Source: Candidatus Zixiibacteriota bacterium
GTDB taxonomy: Bacteria; Zixibacteria; MSB-5A5; CAIYYT01
Assembly: GCA_040235515.1 (NCBI GenBank)
Contig: JBECKX010000187.1
Span: 1 to 20,222, forward strand
Length of the DNA: 20,222 nucleotides
Direction of reading: 5' to 3'
Position numbers and translations under genes: made by a program
Part shown: positions 7,475 to 15,638 of the stretch, in pieces
How positions within the stretch are numbered: the stretch's first letter is position 1
How the letters are laid out: every line of letters starts with the position of its first letter
The notes under the pieces: model-generated
What the model was told of the DNA's origin: nothing
Seen by the model: only the letters and a program-made list of their open reading frames with translations
Database searches by the model: none

Positions 7475-7660
7475 TCAGTTCGACTCAAAAAACCTTGCCG
7501 TCGATCCGTCAGGTGAAACCTTGACTCGCAACTGGGATGCACACTTCGGGCACCAGCCGACAAACGCCGTACCCTGGGCATTGAGGTAGATCCGGCTATA
7601 CGTTTTGCAGCACTTGAACAGCACCCCGATATATGGTTTCTGTTCCCGTTTCTCGCCCAT
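7475..7660 (-). CDS. Small Cys4 (Zn-ribbon-like) hypothetical protein, 61 aa
   Basis: SD GAGGAG before ATG; fills the gap between flanking genes; FKCC...YSRIY...GWCPKC...RFF, a pattern I recall from uncharacterised small bacterial proteins. Confidence 0.75.
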   Translation of the reverse strand: MGEKREQKPYIGVLFKCCKTYSRIYLNAQGTAFVGWCPKCASQLRVKVSPDGSTARFFESN

Positions 7661-7683
7661 CTTCTCCTCAGCTTCAAGCTCTC

Positions 7684-8988
7684 TCAGTAGCGTTTCAAAA
7701 TCAGTCTCTCAGGCTTAACCGCACTCTCTGAAATTTCTACGCACCCCGCAACCTGGCTGCTTACCTCGCGAACTCTGGCGCGACTGCTCCCGTACACCGT
7801 AATCAGCGGAGCACCTTTACTTATTCTGTCACCTTGCTTGACATGCAACTCAAACCCGGCTACCGGATCGATTCTCTCTTCGACCCGCTCTCGACCCGCG
7901 CCCAGCCGGATCCCCAGGTAGCCTAATCTCGCTGTTTCAAACCCTGCAATATAGCCACTAAAACCGCTTGCAACAACGCTCTTGTGGGCCTTGCCGAGTA
8001 GCGTTTTCGGCTTCTCAAGCGCGCCTACCTCTCCCTTGCATGACTTCACGTAAGCCGCAAAACGCTCGTAGGCGGCGCCTGATCCGAGCTCTTGCCGCAG
8101 CCGCTTTCTATTCTCAGGCAGATTTGACGCGATTCCTGCGATTTTCATCATCTGCGCCGACAACTCCACGGTCAGTTCCACCGTGTCTTTTGGACCTGCT
8201 CCCTGCAGAACTTCGACGCTCTCAACTACCTCAAGGAAATTCCCGATCATCCGCCCGGTCGGCTGGTTCATATTCGTCTGTAGAGCGCTGGCCGCCAGGT
8301 TGTTATGCCGAGACACCTCCAGCAGCGCACGAGCCAATTCGGCTGCCTTGCGGGAGTCTTTCATGAACGCCCCATTTCCTGATTTGACATCAAAGACAAT
8401 CCCGTCAGATTTGAGCGCCAGTTTCTTCGACATAATACTCGCGACGATCAGGGGAATCGATTCCACCGTCCCGGAGGCATCGCGCAGGGCGTAGATTTTC
8501 TTGTCTGCCGGGGCGATATCGCTGGTCTGTCCCATAATCGCCATGTGATGCTTTTTCAGCAGCCGTTCGAATGTCGCAACACTGAAAAAAACCTGCATAC
8601 CGGGGATCGATTCCAGTTTGTCGAGCGTGCCACCGGTATGCCCAAGTCCACGGCCCGAAAACATTCCGACGGCGATTCCCATTCCTGCCAGGAGAGGGGA
8701 GAGGGTAAGTGACAGTTTATCACCGACTCCTCCCGTTGAGTGCTTATCGATCAGCGGCCGGTCAAGCCCGGCAACCTTGATGCTCTTGCCCGATTTCAGC
8801 ATCGCTGCCGTGAGCGCGGCAGTCTCGGTCGCGTCGAGTCCATTGAGAAAGGCTGCCATCAGGAAAGCTGACATCTGATAGTCGGCCAGTTTGCCGGCGG
8901 TGTAGCGTTCAACCAGCCATTCAATCTCGCCCGGCTCCAGCGCCGCACCATCACGCTTCTGAGCTATCAGTTCGTAAGTAGATTTCAT
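7684..8988 (-). CDS. deoA: Thymidine / pyrimidine-nucleoside phosphorylase
   Basis: DKHSTGGVGDK, SGRGLGHTGGTLDKLESIPG, ADKKIYALRD, SIMSKK, DVKSGNGAFM. Confidence 0.93.
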   Translation of the reverse strand: MKSTYELIAQKRDGAALEPGEIEWLVERYTAGKLADYQMSAFLMAAFLNGLDATETAALTAAMLKSGKSIKVAGLDRPLIDKHSTGGVGDKLSLTLSPLLAGMGIAVGMFSGRGLGHTGGTLDKLESIPGMQVFFSVATFERLLKKHHMAIMGQTSDIAPADKKIYALRDASGTVESIPLIVASIMSKKLALKSDGIVFDVKSGNGAFMKDSRKAAELARALLEVSRHNNLAASALQTNMNQPTGRMIGNFLEVVESVEVLQGAGPKDTVELTVELSAQMMKIAGIASNLPENRKRLRQELGSGAAYERFAAYVKSCKGEVGALEKPKTLLGKAHKSVVASGFSGYIAGFETARLGYLGIRLGAGRERVEERIDPVAGFELHVKQGDRISKGAPLITVYGSSRARVREVSSQVAGCVEISESAVKPERLILKRY

Positions 8989-9012
8989 TTCTTTCCGGCG
9001 TACCTGTGCCGC

Positions 9013-9684
9013 TTACTTCCGCCTCTGCAGTTCACCGATGATTGCTCTGCCTGCGGAAGTTCCGATCCGCGAGGCTCCCGCTTCGATCATCGCGAGCGCC
9101 TGCTGCAAGGTCCTGATTCCCCCCGAAGCCTTCACCCCGACCTTGGATCCGACCGCTTCAAAGAGCAGCGCAACATCCTCTACGGTGGCCTGTCCGAACA
9201 TGCCAGTTGAAGTTTTGACGAAGTCCACACCGCAATCCGCACACACACGCGCGGCGCGGCCTTTCTCCTGATCGGTAAGCAGTGTGCATTCGAGAATCAC
9301 CTTGAGGATAGTATTGCGTGAGATCGCTTCGCGGACCTTGGAGATATCCTTTTCAACCAGGTCCCACTTGCCCGATTTGATCGCGCCGACATTGACAACC
9401 ATGTCGATCTCGTGCGCGCCATCATTTTCGCCCTCCTGCGCCTCGAACGATTTGACCTCGGTCGTGGTTGCCCCCAGCGGAAACCCCGCCACGCTACCGA
9501 CACGCACCTCGGAGCCTTTGAGTGTTTCCGCACAAAGCCCGGTGAACGCCGGATTTACGAAGACCGCCTTGTAGCCAAGTTCGATAGCTTCACGACAAAC
9601 GGCTACTACGTCCGCTGCCGATGTCTCGGTCTTGAGGATTGCGGCATCAATGTAGCTCGCGAGGTTGATCTCTGTGTACTGCAA
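9013..9684 (-). CDS. deoC: Deoxyribose-phosphate aldolase
   Basis: GFPLGA, GAHEIDMV, LKVILE, FVKTSTG (Schiff-base Lys), VKASGGIR, RIGTS; TTG start with GGGAG upstream. Confidence 0.95.
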   Translation of the reverse strand: MQYTEINLASYIDAAILKTETSAADVVAVCREAIELGYKAVFVNPAFTGLCAETLKGSEVRVGSVAGFPLGATTTEVKSFEAQEGENDGAHEIDMVVNVGAIKSGKWDLVEKDISKVREAISRNTILKVILECTLLTDQEKGRAARVCADCGVDFVKTSTGMFGQATVEDVALLFEAVGSKVGVKASGGIRTLQQALAMIEAGASRIGTSAGRAIIGELQRRK

Positions 9685-9816
9685 ATGCGCTCCCGGGTAG
9701 AGTTTTCAATAGCGTGAACTATGCCGGCTCTGCGGGCGGTATTCATCCCGCAGGGGAATCTCGGACAGCTCCTCAGCGGAATATTACAGATTTGAATAGG
9801 AGTAAGAAATCACTTT

Positions 9817-9846
9817 CTGAGACTGGCGCGTAACAGCGCCACTCAG
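9817..9846 (-). other. Stable hairpin directly after the cdd stop codon, no U-tract
   Basis: Plus strand CTGAG-(AC)-TGGCGC-GTAACA-GCGCCA-CTCAG. Confidence 0.55.
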
Positions 9847-9848
9847 GG

Positions 9849-10235
9849 CTACATGCGGAACCGATGCGGATAGAGCTCCGCTAAGGATGAATGACGCAGT
9901 TCGCCGTTCTTGTTCGTGAGGACGATTGGCAGCTCGTCGCAAAACTCCGCAAGTACCTGCAGGCACGCGCCGCAGGGGAGAACGAATTCCGCGGTAGGGG
10001 AGGCAATGGCGAGCCTGCTGAACTTGCTCTCTCCCCGGCTGACGGCTGCGAAGACGGCTGAGCGCTCGGCGCAGATAGTCAATCCGTAAGATCGGTTTTC
10101 GACATTCGTGCCGGTGTAGACGTCCAACTCACCCTCAAGCGCCGCACCGACGCGGAACTGACTGTAGGGGGAATAGGAGTGCGCCTGAACAGCACGACTT
10201 GCCTCTGCGAGCTCTTCATCGGAAAGCCTCTTCAT
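9849..10235 (-). CDS. cdd: Cytidine deaminase (homotetrameric, three-Cys type), 128 aa
   Basis: YSPYSQFRVGAAL, NVEN, CAERSA, PCGAC. Start moved to ATG 10235 (GAGG upstream, removes the overlap with the methyltransferase). Confidence 0.95.
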   Translation of the reverse strand: MKRLSDEELAEASRAVQAHSYSPYSQFRVGAALEGELDVYTGTNVENRSYGLTICAERSAVFAAVSRGESKFSRLAIASPTAEFVLPCGACLQVLAEFCDELPIVLTNKNGELRHSSLAELYPHRFRM

Positions 10236-10245
10236 CGTGTCCTCA

Positions 10246-11016
10246 TCACTTTCGCTCTCGCGGCATATAAGCCACATAAAAGACTCGATCGGCGGTTCCG
10301 AGCGAATCGCTTTTTTTCTGCGGTTTGGCGGTGATCCACTTGAAACCGTTCTTCTTCAACAACCTCATAATATCATTGTGCAGGTAGGCGCGTTCGTAAA
10401 AAGTCTCCTGAAAACTATCTCGCGTACCGTTTGCGAGGTTGACATATCCCTCGATCGAAATCTCCGCCAGTCGCGTCTTGCGATCATACTTGCCACGCAT
10501 CAGTACAGAATGCTCTCCCCGGTTGTTGAATAGTACGGCATCCCATTTGTCGAGTCCACGCACGGTGTTCACGTCAAAGATGAAAAAACCGCCGGGCTTC
10601 GTATGCAGCGCCGAGCAGCGTATGAATTCCGCAAACTTCTCAGGATCAATGATATGATTGGCTGCGTCAAAGAAGCAACCGACGGCGTCAAACTTTCGTT
10701 TGAGGTTGAAACGGCTCATGTCACGGTGATAGAAGGTCGGTTTGTTGTCGAGACGGTAGAGCCTTCGGCGTTCCTCCGCCATCTCCAGCATCTCTTTTGA
10801 CTTATCGAGACCGACAACTTCGATCCCCATACGCGCAACGGTGCACGCCAGCATTCCCGTACCGCAGGCCAGGTCAAGGTAGGTCTTGACCCTCTCCTTG
10901 GTCAGCAGCGGCTTCAGTCGCTTCAGGGCGATATCGTGGAATTCGTCCCAGCCGAGTAAATCGTAATATTTGGCGATGCTCTTATACATTCTGAAGCGCG
11001 AATCTCGGCGGTTCAC
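10246..11016 (-). CDS. Class I SAM-dependent methyltransferase (start may be ATG 10989)
   Basis: AKYYD, LDLACGTG (motif I), GLDKSKEML, DMSRF, KPGGFFIFD. Confidence 0.88.
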   Translation of the reverse strand: MNRRDSRFRMYKSIAKYYDLLGWDEFHDIALKRLKPLLTKERVKTYLDLACGTGMLACTVARMGIEVVGLDKSKEMLEMAEERRRLYRLDNKPTFYHRDMSRFNLKRKFDAVGCFFDAANHIIDPEKFAEFIRCSALHTKPGGFFIFDVNTVRGLDKWDAVLFNNRGEHSVLMRGKYDRKTRLAEISIEGYVNLANGTRDSFQETFYERAYLHNDIMRLLKKNGFKWITAKPQKKSDSLGTADRVFYVAYMPRERK

Positions 11017-11019
11017 AAC

Positions 11020-12729
11020 TCATGGTTTCAGCAAATCCTGGTATCTCCCCTTATTCTTGAGCAAGTCGACGGCTGCCTGGATTTGCTGATCGTTCTTCAG
11101 CACAACTTCCTCGTAAACGACATCCTGGTCAAACTGGCTGCGCAGTATTTCCCGCTTTATCTCCAGCGCGATCTCGTCACCGGCTTCGTCGAACGCCGCA
11201 TTGCTCATCCGCCGGATCGATTTTCGCAATTCGTCGATTTCCCCCCTGAGGCTGCTGCCGCTACTCTGTTGTTCGGCGATCTGCTGCAATCGGTCAACTT
11301 CTGCTTCGAGGCGAGTCTTGAACTCGAATCCGTCTCTGCGCACGAACTCCCTGAAGTCACTCAGCACGTCGTTGCCCACGGTAAGATTGCGCGTCACCGA
11401 TTTGTGCTTCGCGTTAAATTCCAGCGCAAATCTGAAAAAGAGATTTTCACGGGTCAACTGGTTGACCAGTTCACTCTGGAATTCGGAATGAAGCACGACA
11501 TCGGGCGAGATGCCACCACCGCCGTTGACCGTTCTCCCACCATCAGTCTTGTATGCCTTCTCCGGCAGAGGGTTGGTGTCTTTGGCGACGACGCGGCTGG
11601 CGGCTTCCAGGCGCACACCGCGCTTGCGTAGCTTGGATGGTTTCTGAATCAATCGCCCGGAGGGTATATAGTAACGCGAAGTTGTCATCTTGACGGCGAT
11701 ATTGTGATCGGGCCACTCAAACACGTTTTGCACCAGACCCTTGCCGAAGGTCTCCTGGCCCATAATCACGGCGCGGTCCCAATCCTGCAATGAACCGGCC
11801 ACGATCTCGCTGGCGGACGCCGTTCCGCTGTCAACCAATACGACCATTCGTCCCGAAGTAAAGAGGGAACTGCCGTCCGTAAAATAACGGCGCTCAACCT
11901 TCGCCGAGCGACCGTGCGTCGATACAACCAGCTTCTCCTTCGGCAGAAACTGGCTCACGACACCGACCGCCTGATCAAGCAGTCCGCCACCGTTCGAGCG
12001 CAAGTCGATAATGAGCGACTTCATCCCTCCCTTGGTCTTCAGATTTCGCAGCGCGCTCTTGAACTCTGACACGGTTTGTTCGGTGAAACTGGAGAGACGG
12101 ATGTAGCCCACCTCATTGTCAATCATCCCCGAGTATTGGACCGGGTGGACTTCAATGACAGCCCGCATCAGGTCGTAGTCGACCGGTATAGTTGTCCCGG
12201 GCCGCATGACCGACAGCTTCACTGAACTACCGGCGCTGCCGCGCAACATCTGATTGATCTGATGCGGTTTGAGCCCGGCAACAGCAACTTCATCGATCGC
12301 GACAATCTTATCACCGGCACGCAGTCCCAGCCTCTCTGCGGGGGAGCCTTCCAGTGGGGCAATCACCGTAACATCGCCATCCCGTACATCGATGTCGACA
12401 CCGATTCCTTCATACTTGCCGGTCGCCGTTTCCTGTACCAGATTGATGTTGTTCCTGGTCAATGCGATCGAATACGGGTCCAGCCCTTCCATCATTCCTT
12501 CGATGCCGGCTTCGAAGAGGGCATCAACGTCGATCTCCTCTACATACTGGTCACGCACACTCAATGCGATCTCCGCCAGCATTTTGGAATAGTAGGCGAG
12601 ACTGCGGGGGCTCTTCGATTGCCCCGCTGCCGGAGCGGGCAGCGCGATGAGGCCGATGACAAAAAGCGCAAGTGCGATGCTGAGCCAATGGCTGCCACTG
12701 CGGCGCAGCCGCTTAATCTGAAACTGCAA
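11020..12729 (-). CDS. ctpA: S41 family C-terminal processing protease (PDZ + S41), paralog 2
   Basis: LDPYS, YEGIG (PDZ), DLRSNGGGLL, TASASEI (catalytic Ser), TFGKG (catalytic Lys). Start moved to TTG 12729, 7 nt after SD AGAGGAGG (12737-12744). Confidence 0.92.
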   Translation of the reverse strand: MQFQIKRLRRSGSHWLSIALALFVIGLIALPAPAAGQSKSPRSLAYYSKMLAEIALSVRDQYVEEIDVDALFEAGIEGMMEGLDPYSIALTRNNINLVQETATGKYEGIGVDIDVRDGDVTVIAPLEGSPAERLGLRAGDKIVAIDEVAVAGLKPHQINQMLRGSAGSSVKLSVMRPGTTIPVDYDLMRAVIEVHPVQYSGMIDNEVGYIRLSSFTEQTVSEFKSALRNLKTKGGMKSLIIDLRSNGGGLLDQAVGVVSQFLPKEKLVVSTHGRSAKVERRYFTDGSSLFTSGRMVVLVDSGTASASEIVAGSLQDWDRAVIMGQETFGKGLVQNVFEWPDHNIAVKMTTSRYYIPSGRLIQKPSKLRKRGVRLEAASRVVAKDTNPLPEKAYKTDGGRTVNGGGGISPDVVLHSEFQSELVNQLTRENLFFRFALEFNAKHKSVTRNLTVGNDVLSDFREFVRRDGFEFKTRLEAEVDRLQQIAEQQSSGSSLRGEIDELRKSIRRMSNAAFDEAGDEIALEIKREILRSQFDQDVVYEEVVLKNDQQIQAAVDLLKNKGRYQDLLKP

Positions 12730-12758
12730 GCTGGTTCCTCCTCTGAACATTGCCAAAA

Positions 12759-12786
12759 ATAGTAGCGGTTAAAACGCTTCTGTCAA
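12759..12786 (-). promoter_or_regulatory. Putative sigma70 promoter for S41 paralog 2
   Basis: Minus strand TTGACA-N16-TACTAT, between the upstream terminator and the SD. Confidence 0.6.
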
Positions 12787-12820
12787 GCGATTGCGCCCGC
12801 CGCTGCTGCCACTCGCCAAC

Positions 12821-12852
12821 AAAAAAAGCGGGTGATCTCTCGATCACCCGCT
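12821..12852 (-). terminator. Intrinsic terminator after S41 paralog 1
   Basis: Minus strand AGCGGGTGATC-GAGA-GATCACCCGCT (perfect stem, GNRA loop) running into a T-tract. Confidence 0.88.
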
Positions 12853-12881
12853 CCAGATGACTTGTTTGGTTGAACTGCCGA

Positions 12882-14684
12882 CTATCCTTGATCGTCATCA
12901 TGCGGCTTCAACAGGTTGCCGTATGATGTGTGATTCTTCAGCAGTTCGAGCGCCTTAAGGACATACTTGTCTTCCTTAAGAGTCAGCTCCTTGTAGATAC
13001 CATGTTCGCCATATTCCTTGCGGAGGATCTCACGCTTGATCGACTGGCGAATGTAATCGATTGACTGATCGAAATCCTTGTGCTTCTCGTCATCGATCAG
13101 CGCATGGAGCTTCGCGACTTCGCCGGCGAACAGATCGCTCTTCTCGGCATCCTTCGCAGTCTTTTCGAATTTCTCGAGGTCGACTTCCAGTGCCGTCTTG
13201 TAGTCGAAGTCCTTCGTCTTGATGAACTGGCGGAACTCCTCGACCATCTCGTCGGTCACCTCGAAATCCTCCGGCAGTCCGGGGTGCTTCGTCGTGTACT
13301 CAATGGCGAATTCGAAGAACATGTTCTTACGAATCAGGTTGTATTCGATTGGCTGCCAGGTCTCCTCCTCAATGTCAACATCAGGGACGATACCACCACC
13401 GCCGAACACCTTGCGGCCCGCGTTCGTGAAGAACACTTCGCGGCTCTCGTTCATTTCCTTATCATCCGCGCCCAGCACGAAATCTTCATCAGCCTGTGCA
13501 CTCTCGTGCCAGCCTTTCTTCGCGCGCTCAGGCTTCTGGATACAGCGACCGGAGGGGATGTAGTACTTCGCCGTTGTCAGCTTGAGCGCCATCTCGCCGT
13601 TGCCGCCGCCGAAGATCTGCTGCACCAGGCCCTTGCCGAATGTCGTATTGCCGACGATGATTCCGCGATCCCAGTCCTGAATTGCGCCTGATACGATTTC
13701 GGACGCGGAGGCCGTACCTCCATTGACGAGAACCACCAGATCGCCTTCAGGGAAGAGCGGCTCGTTGGTCGAGTTATACTTGCGCTGCGACGTCGGATAC
13801 TTGCCCTGCGTGTAAACCACCAGCTTGTCCTTGGGCAGGAAGAGGTTGGCGATACTGATTGCCTGGTCGAGCAATCCGCCGCCGTTTGAGCGGAGGTCGA
13901 GGATCAACTTCTTGACCCCCATGTTGTCCTTCATGTCATTAATGGCATCGCGCAACTCATCGGTGGAGGTTTCCGCGAATTTGTCGAGGCGGACATAACC
14001 GATATCGTCTGTGACCTTGCCGTAGAAGCGAACCGACTTGAGTTCGATCACGGCGCGCTCAACCTCATACTCCATATCGTAGTCAACCCCGGGACGCCTG
14101 ATAGTTAGGTTGACCGTCGAACCCGCCGGACCGCGCATCAGCTCAGCGGCCTCATCGGTGCGCATACCATCCGTCGAAACGGAGTCAATCTTCATGATCT
14201 TATCACCGGCGCGAAGTCCCAGCCTGGATGCCGGTGTGCCCTCGATCGGCGAGATGATCGTAACGCGGTCATCACGCAGATCGATCTGCATTCCAACACC
14301 CTCATACTTGCCGTGGGTGTTCTCCATCAAGCCTTCATATGCGCGCGGTTTGAGGACTACCGAGTAGGGATCAAGGTTGGAGAGCATTCCTTCAACACCC
14401 GCCTCGATTAAGCTCTCCGGGTCGATCTCCTCCATGTAGCGAGAGTGGACCTTGTAAGCGATATCAGCCATCATCTTGGTGTAGTACGCGATGGAATGTT
14501 TCTTCGATGTCTCCGGCTGTTGCTGAGCGGTGTTGCCATCGGCCTGCGCGTACAGGTTATTACCATAGACCTTTACCTGCAACGCATCCTGTGCGGCATC
14601 ACCAGAACCAACAATCCACACCATGCTCATCGCGACAATCGCAAGTACGAGCACATAAAGCTTCAGGCGGGATTTGGCTTGCAT
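12882..14684 (-). CDS. ctpA: S41 family C-terminal processing protease (PDZ + S41), paralog 1
   Basis: N-terminal hydrophobic segment, LDPYS, YEGVG, DLRSNGGGLL, TASASEI, TFGKGLVQ, YYIPSGRCIQ; SD GGAGG. Confidence 0.93.
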   Translation of the reverse strand: MQAKSRLKLYVLVLAIVAMSMVWIVGSGDAAQDALQVKVYGNNLYAQADGNTAQQQPETSKKHSIAYYTKMMADIAYKVHSRYMEEIDPESLIEAGVEGMLSNLDPYSVVLKPRAYEGLMENTHGKYEGVGMQIDLRDDRVTIISPIEGTPASRLGLRAGDKIMKIDSVSTDGMRTDEAAELMRGPAGSTVNLTIRRPGVDYDMEYEVERAVIELKSVRFYGKVTDDIGYVRLDKFAETSTDELRDAINDMKDNMGVKKLILDLRSNGGGLLDQAISIANLFLPKDKLVVYTQGKYPTSQRKYNSTNEPLFPEGDLVVLVNGGTASASEIVSGAIQDWDRGIIVGNTTFGKGLVQQIFGGGNGEMALKLTTAKYYIPSGRCIQKPERAKKGWHESAQADEDFVLGADDKEMNESREVFFTNAGRKVFGGGGIVPDVDIEEETWQPIEYNLIRKNMFFEFAIEYTTKHPGLPEDFEVTDEMVEEFRQFIKTKDFDYKTALEVDLEKFEKTAKDAEKSDLFAGEVAKLHALIDDEKHKDFDQSIDYIRQSIKREILRKEYGEHGIYKELTLKEDKYVLKALELLKNHTSYGNLLKPHDDDQG

Positions 14685-14714
14685 ATGTAGTCCTCCAGGC
14701 TGGTGTTCGTCTAT

Positions 14715-14742
14715 AATCTACGGCAAGAGTCGATCTTGTCAA
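14715..14742 (-). promoter_or_regulatory. Putative sigma70 promoter for S41 paralog 1
   Basis: Minus strand TTGACA-N16-TAGATT, about 30 nt upstream of the ATG. Confidence 0.55.
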
Positions 14743-14795
14743 GCGGGGGCAACACTGTCCCCGCCAACCGGCGCTGCCGCTATCTTCTTATTACT

Positions 14796-14823
14796 ACAAC
14801 GTTTATACGACCGGGATGGTTTC
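14796..14823 (-). promoter_or_regulatory. Putative ECF-sigma promoter upstream of S41 paralog 1
   Basis: Minus strand GAAACC-N16-CGTTGT. Confidence 0.45.
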
Positions 14824-15129
14824 TCAGTTCGCGAATTTCGTCACCGCCACTGAATAAAAGTAATTGGAAATCAATAGGTTATCAATTCTATCGGCTGAGG
14901 CGACTCACGAATATATATCCACACACTCCATATCGATTGATCCGACACAACCTAACTTGGCTTACGATAGTCACTTAAGTTCAGTCACCGTCGGCAAGCC
15001 CAATCTGTGCAACAATGATACAGATTTGCAGGGCGATTCGAACCAATTAGCATCTGCTCCATCGCAATTATTGCAATTCCTGCATCAATTTGTTTTCTTA
15101 TGACGCTTAAATCCGGGAGGTAAAAGGTC

Positions 15130-15621
15130 ATGGAAAACTTGATCTGCCGCAAGTTAAAGACCGCGATTGGAGAGATTACTCTGGTAGGGGATGGCCACGC
15201 AGTCGAGTATATCGCGTTCCCCGAAACCAGGTTGCCCGAACGCTATCAGGGTAGGTTGAAGGAGCGCAAAAGTGCTTACCCACAGGCCGCCAGGGAATTG
15301 AAACAATACTTCGAACGCCGCCGTACAGAATTTAGCTTCCCGATTCGTCTCGAAGCTCATGGCTTCCAGGCCCGCGCGCTCAGCGCGCTCGCCGGTGTGG
15401 AGTACGGCCGCGCGATCAGCTACAAGGAGCTGGCCAAGCTGGCCGGATCGCCTGCGGCCTACCGGGCGGCAGGAAGCGCTTGCGCCTCGAATCCGCTGCC
15501 GATTGTCATCCCGTGCCACCGCGTGCTGAAAGCGGATGGCTCTCTCGGCGGTTTCGCGGGTGGATTGAAAACGAAGAAACAACTACTCGATCTCGAACAG
15601 GTGCCTTACAAGCTGGGATAG
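15130..15621 (+). CDS. ogt: Methylated-DNA-[protein]-cysteine S-methyltransferase
   Basis: ISYKELA, RAAGSACASNPLPIVIPCHRV (active-site PCHR), GGFAGG...KKQLLDLE; no Ada N-terminal domain; SD GGAGG. Confidence 0.93.
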   Translation: MENLICRKLKTAIGEITLVGDGHAVEYIAFPETRLPERYQGRLKERKSAYPQAARELKQYFERRRTEFSFPIRLEAHGFQARALSALAGVEYGRAISYKELAKLAGSPAAYRAAGSACASNPLPIVIPCHRVLKADGSLGGFAGGLKTKKQLLDLEQVPYKLG

Positions 15622-15638
15622 CCGTACAAGCTGGGATA
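15603..15638 (+). repeat. 18-bp tandem duplication spanning the ogt stop codon
   Basis: GCCTTACAAGCTGGGATA / GCCGTACAAGCTGGGATA (17/18 identical). Confidence 0.85.

Noticed and set aside
9700..9780. Hammerhead ribozyme on the minus strand (CTGAGGA ... GAAA)
   Set aside because: GAAA does not directly follow a stem II closing on CUGANGA, and stems I and III cannot be formed.
12730..12756. ORF-track start (12756) or leaderless ATG (12750) for S41 paralog 2
   Set aside because: A strong AGAGGAGG sits 7 nt before an in-frame TTG at 12729, and 12756 lies too close to the predicted -10 to be transcribed.
14712..14717. Perfect TATAAT on the plus strand (divergent promoter)
   Set aside because: No -35 or extended -10 at the proper position, and it overlaps the minus-strand promoter; likely incidental.
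15060..15080. Ada box upstream of ogt
   Set aside because: AAT and GCAA are 4 nt apart rather than the 6 nt of the E. coli Ada box, and the protein has no Ada regulatory domain.
14703..15103. Short ORFs 14703..14978 and 14864..15103 in the intergenic gap
   Set aside because: No SD, atypical composition and no motifs; the first overlaps predicted promoters.
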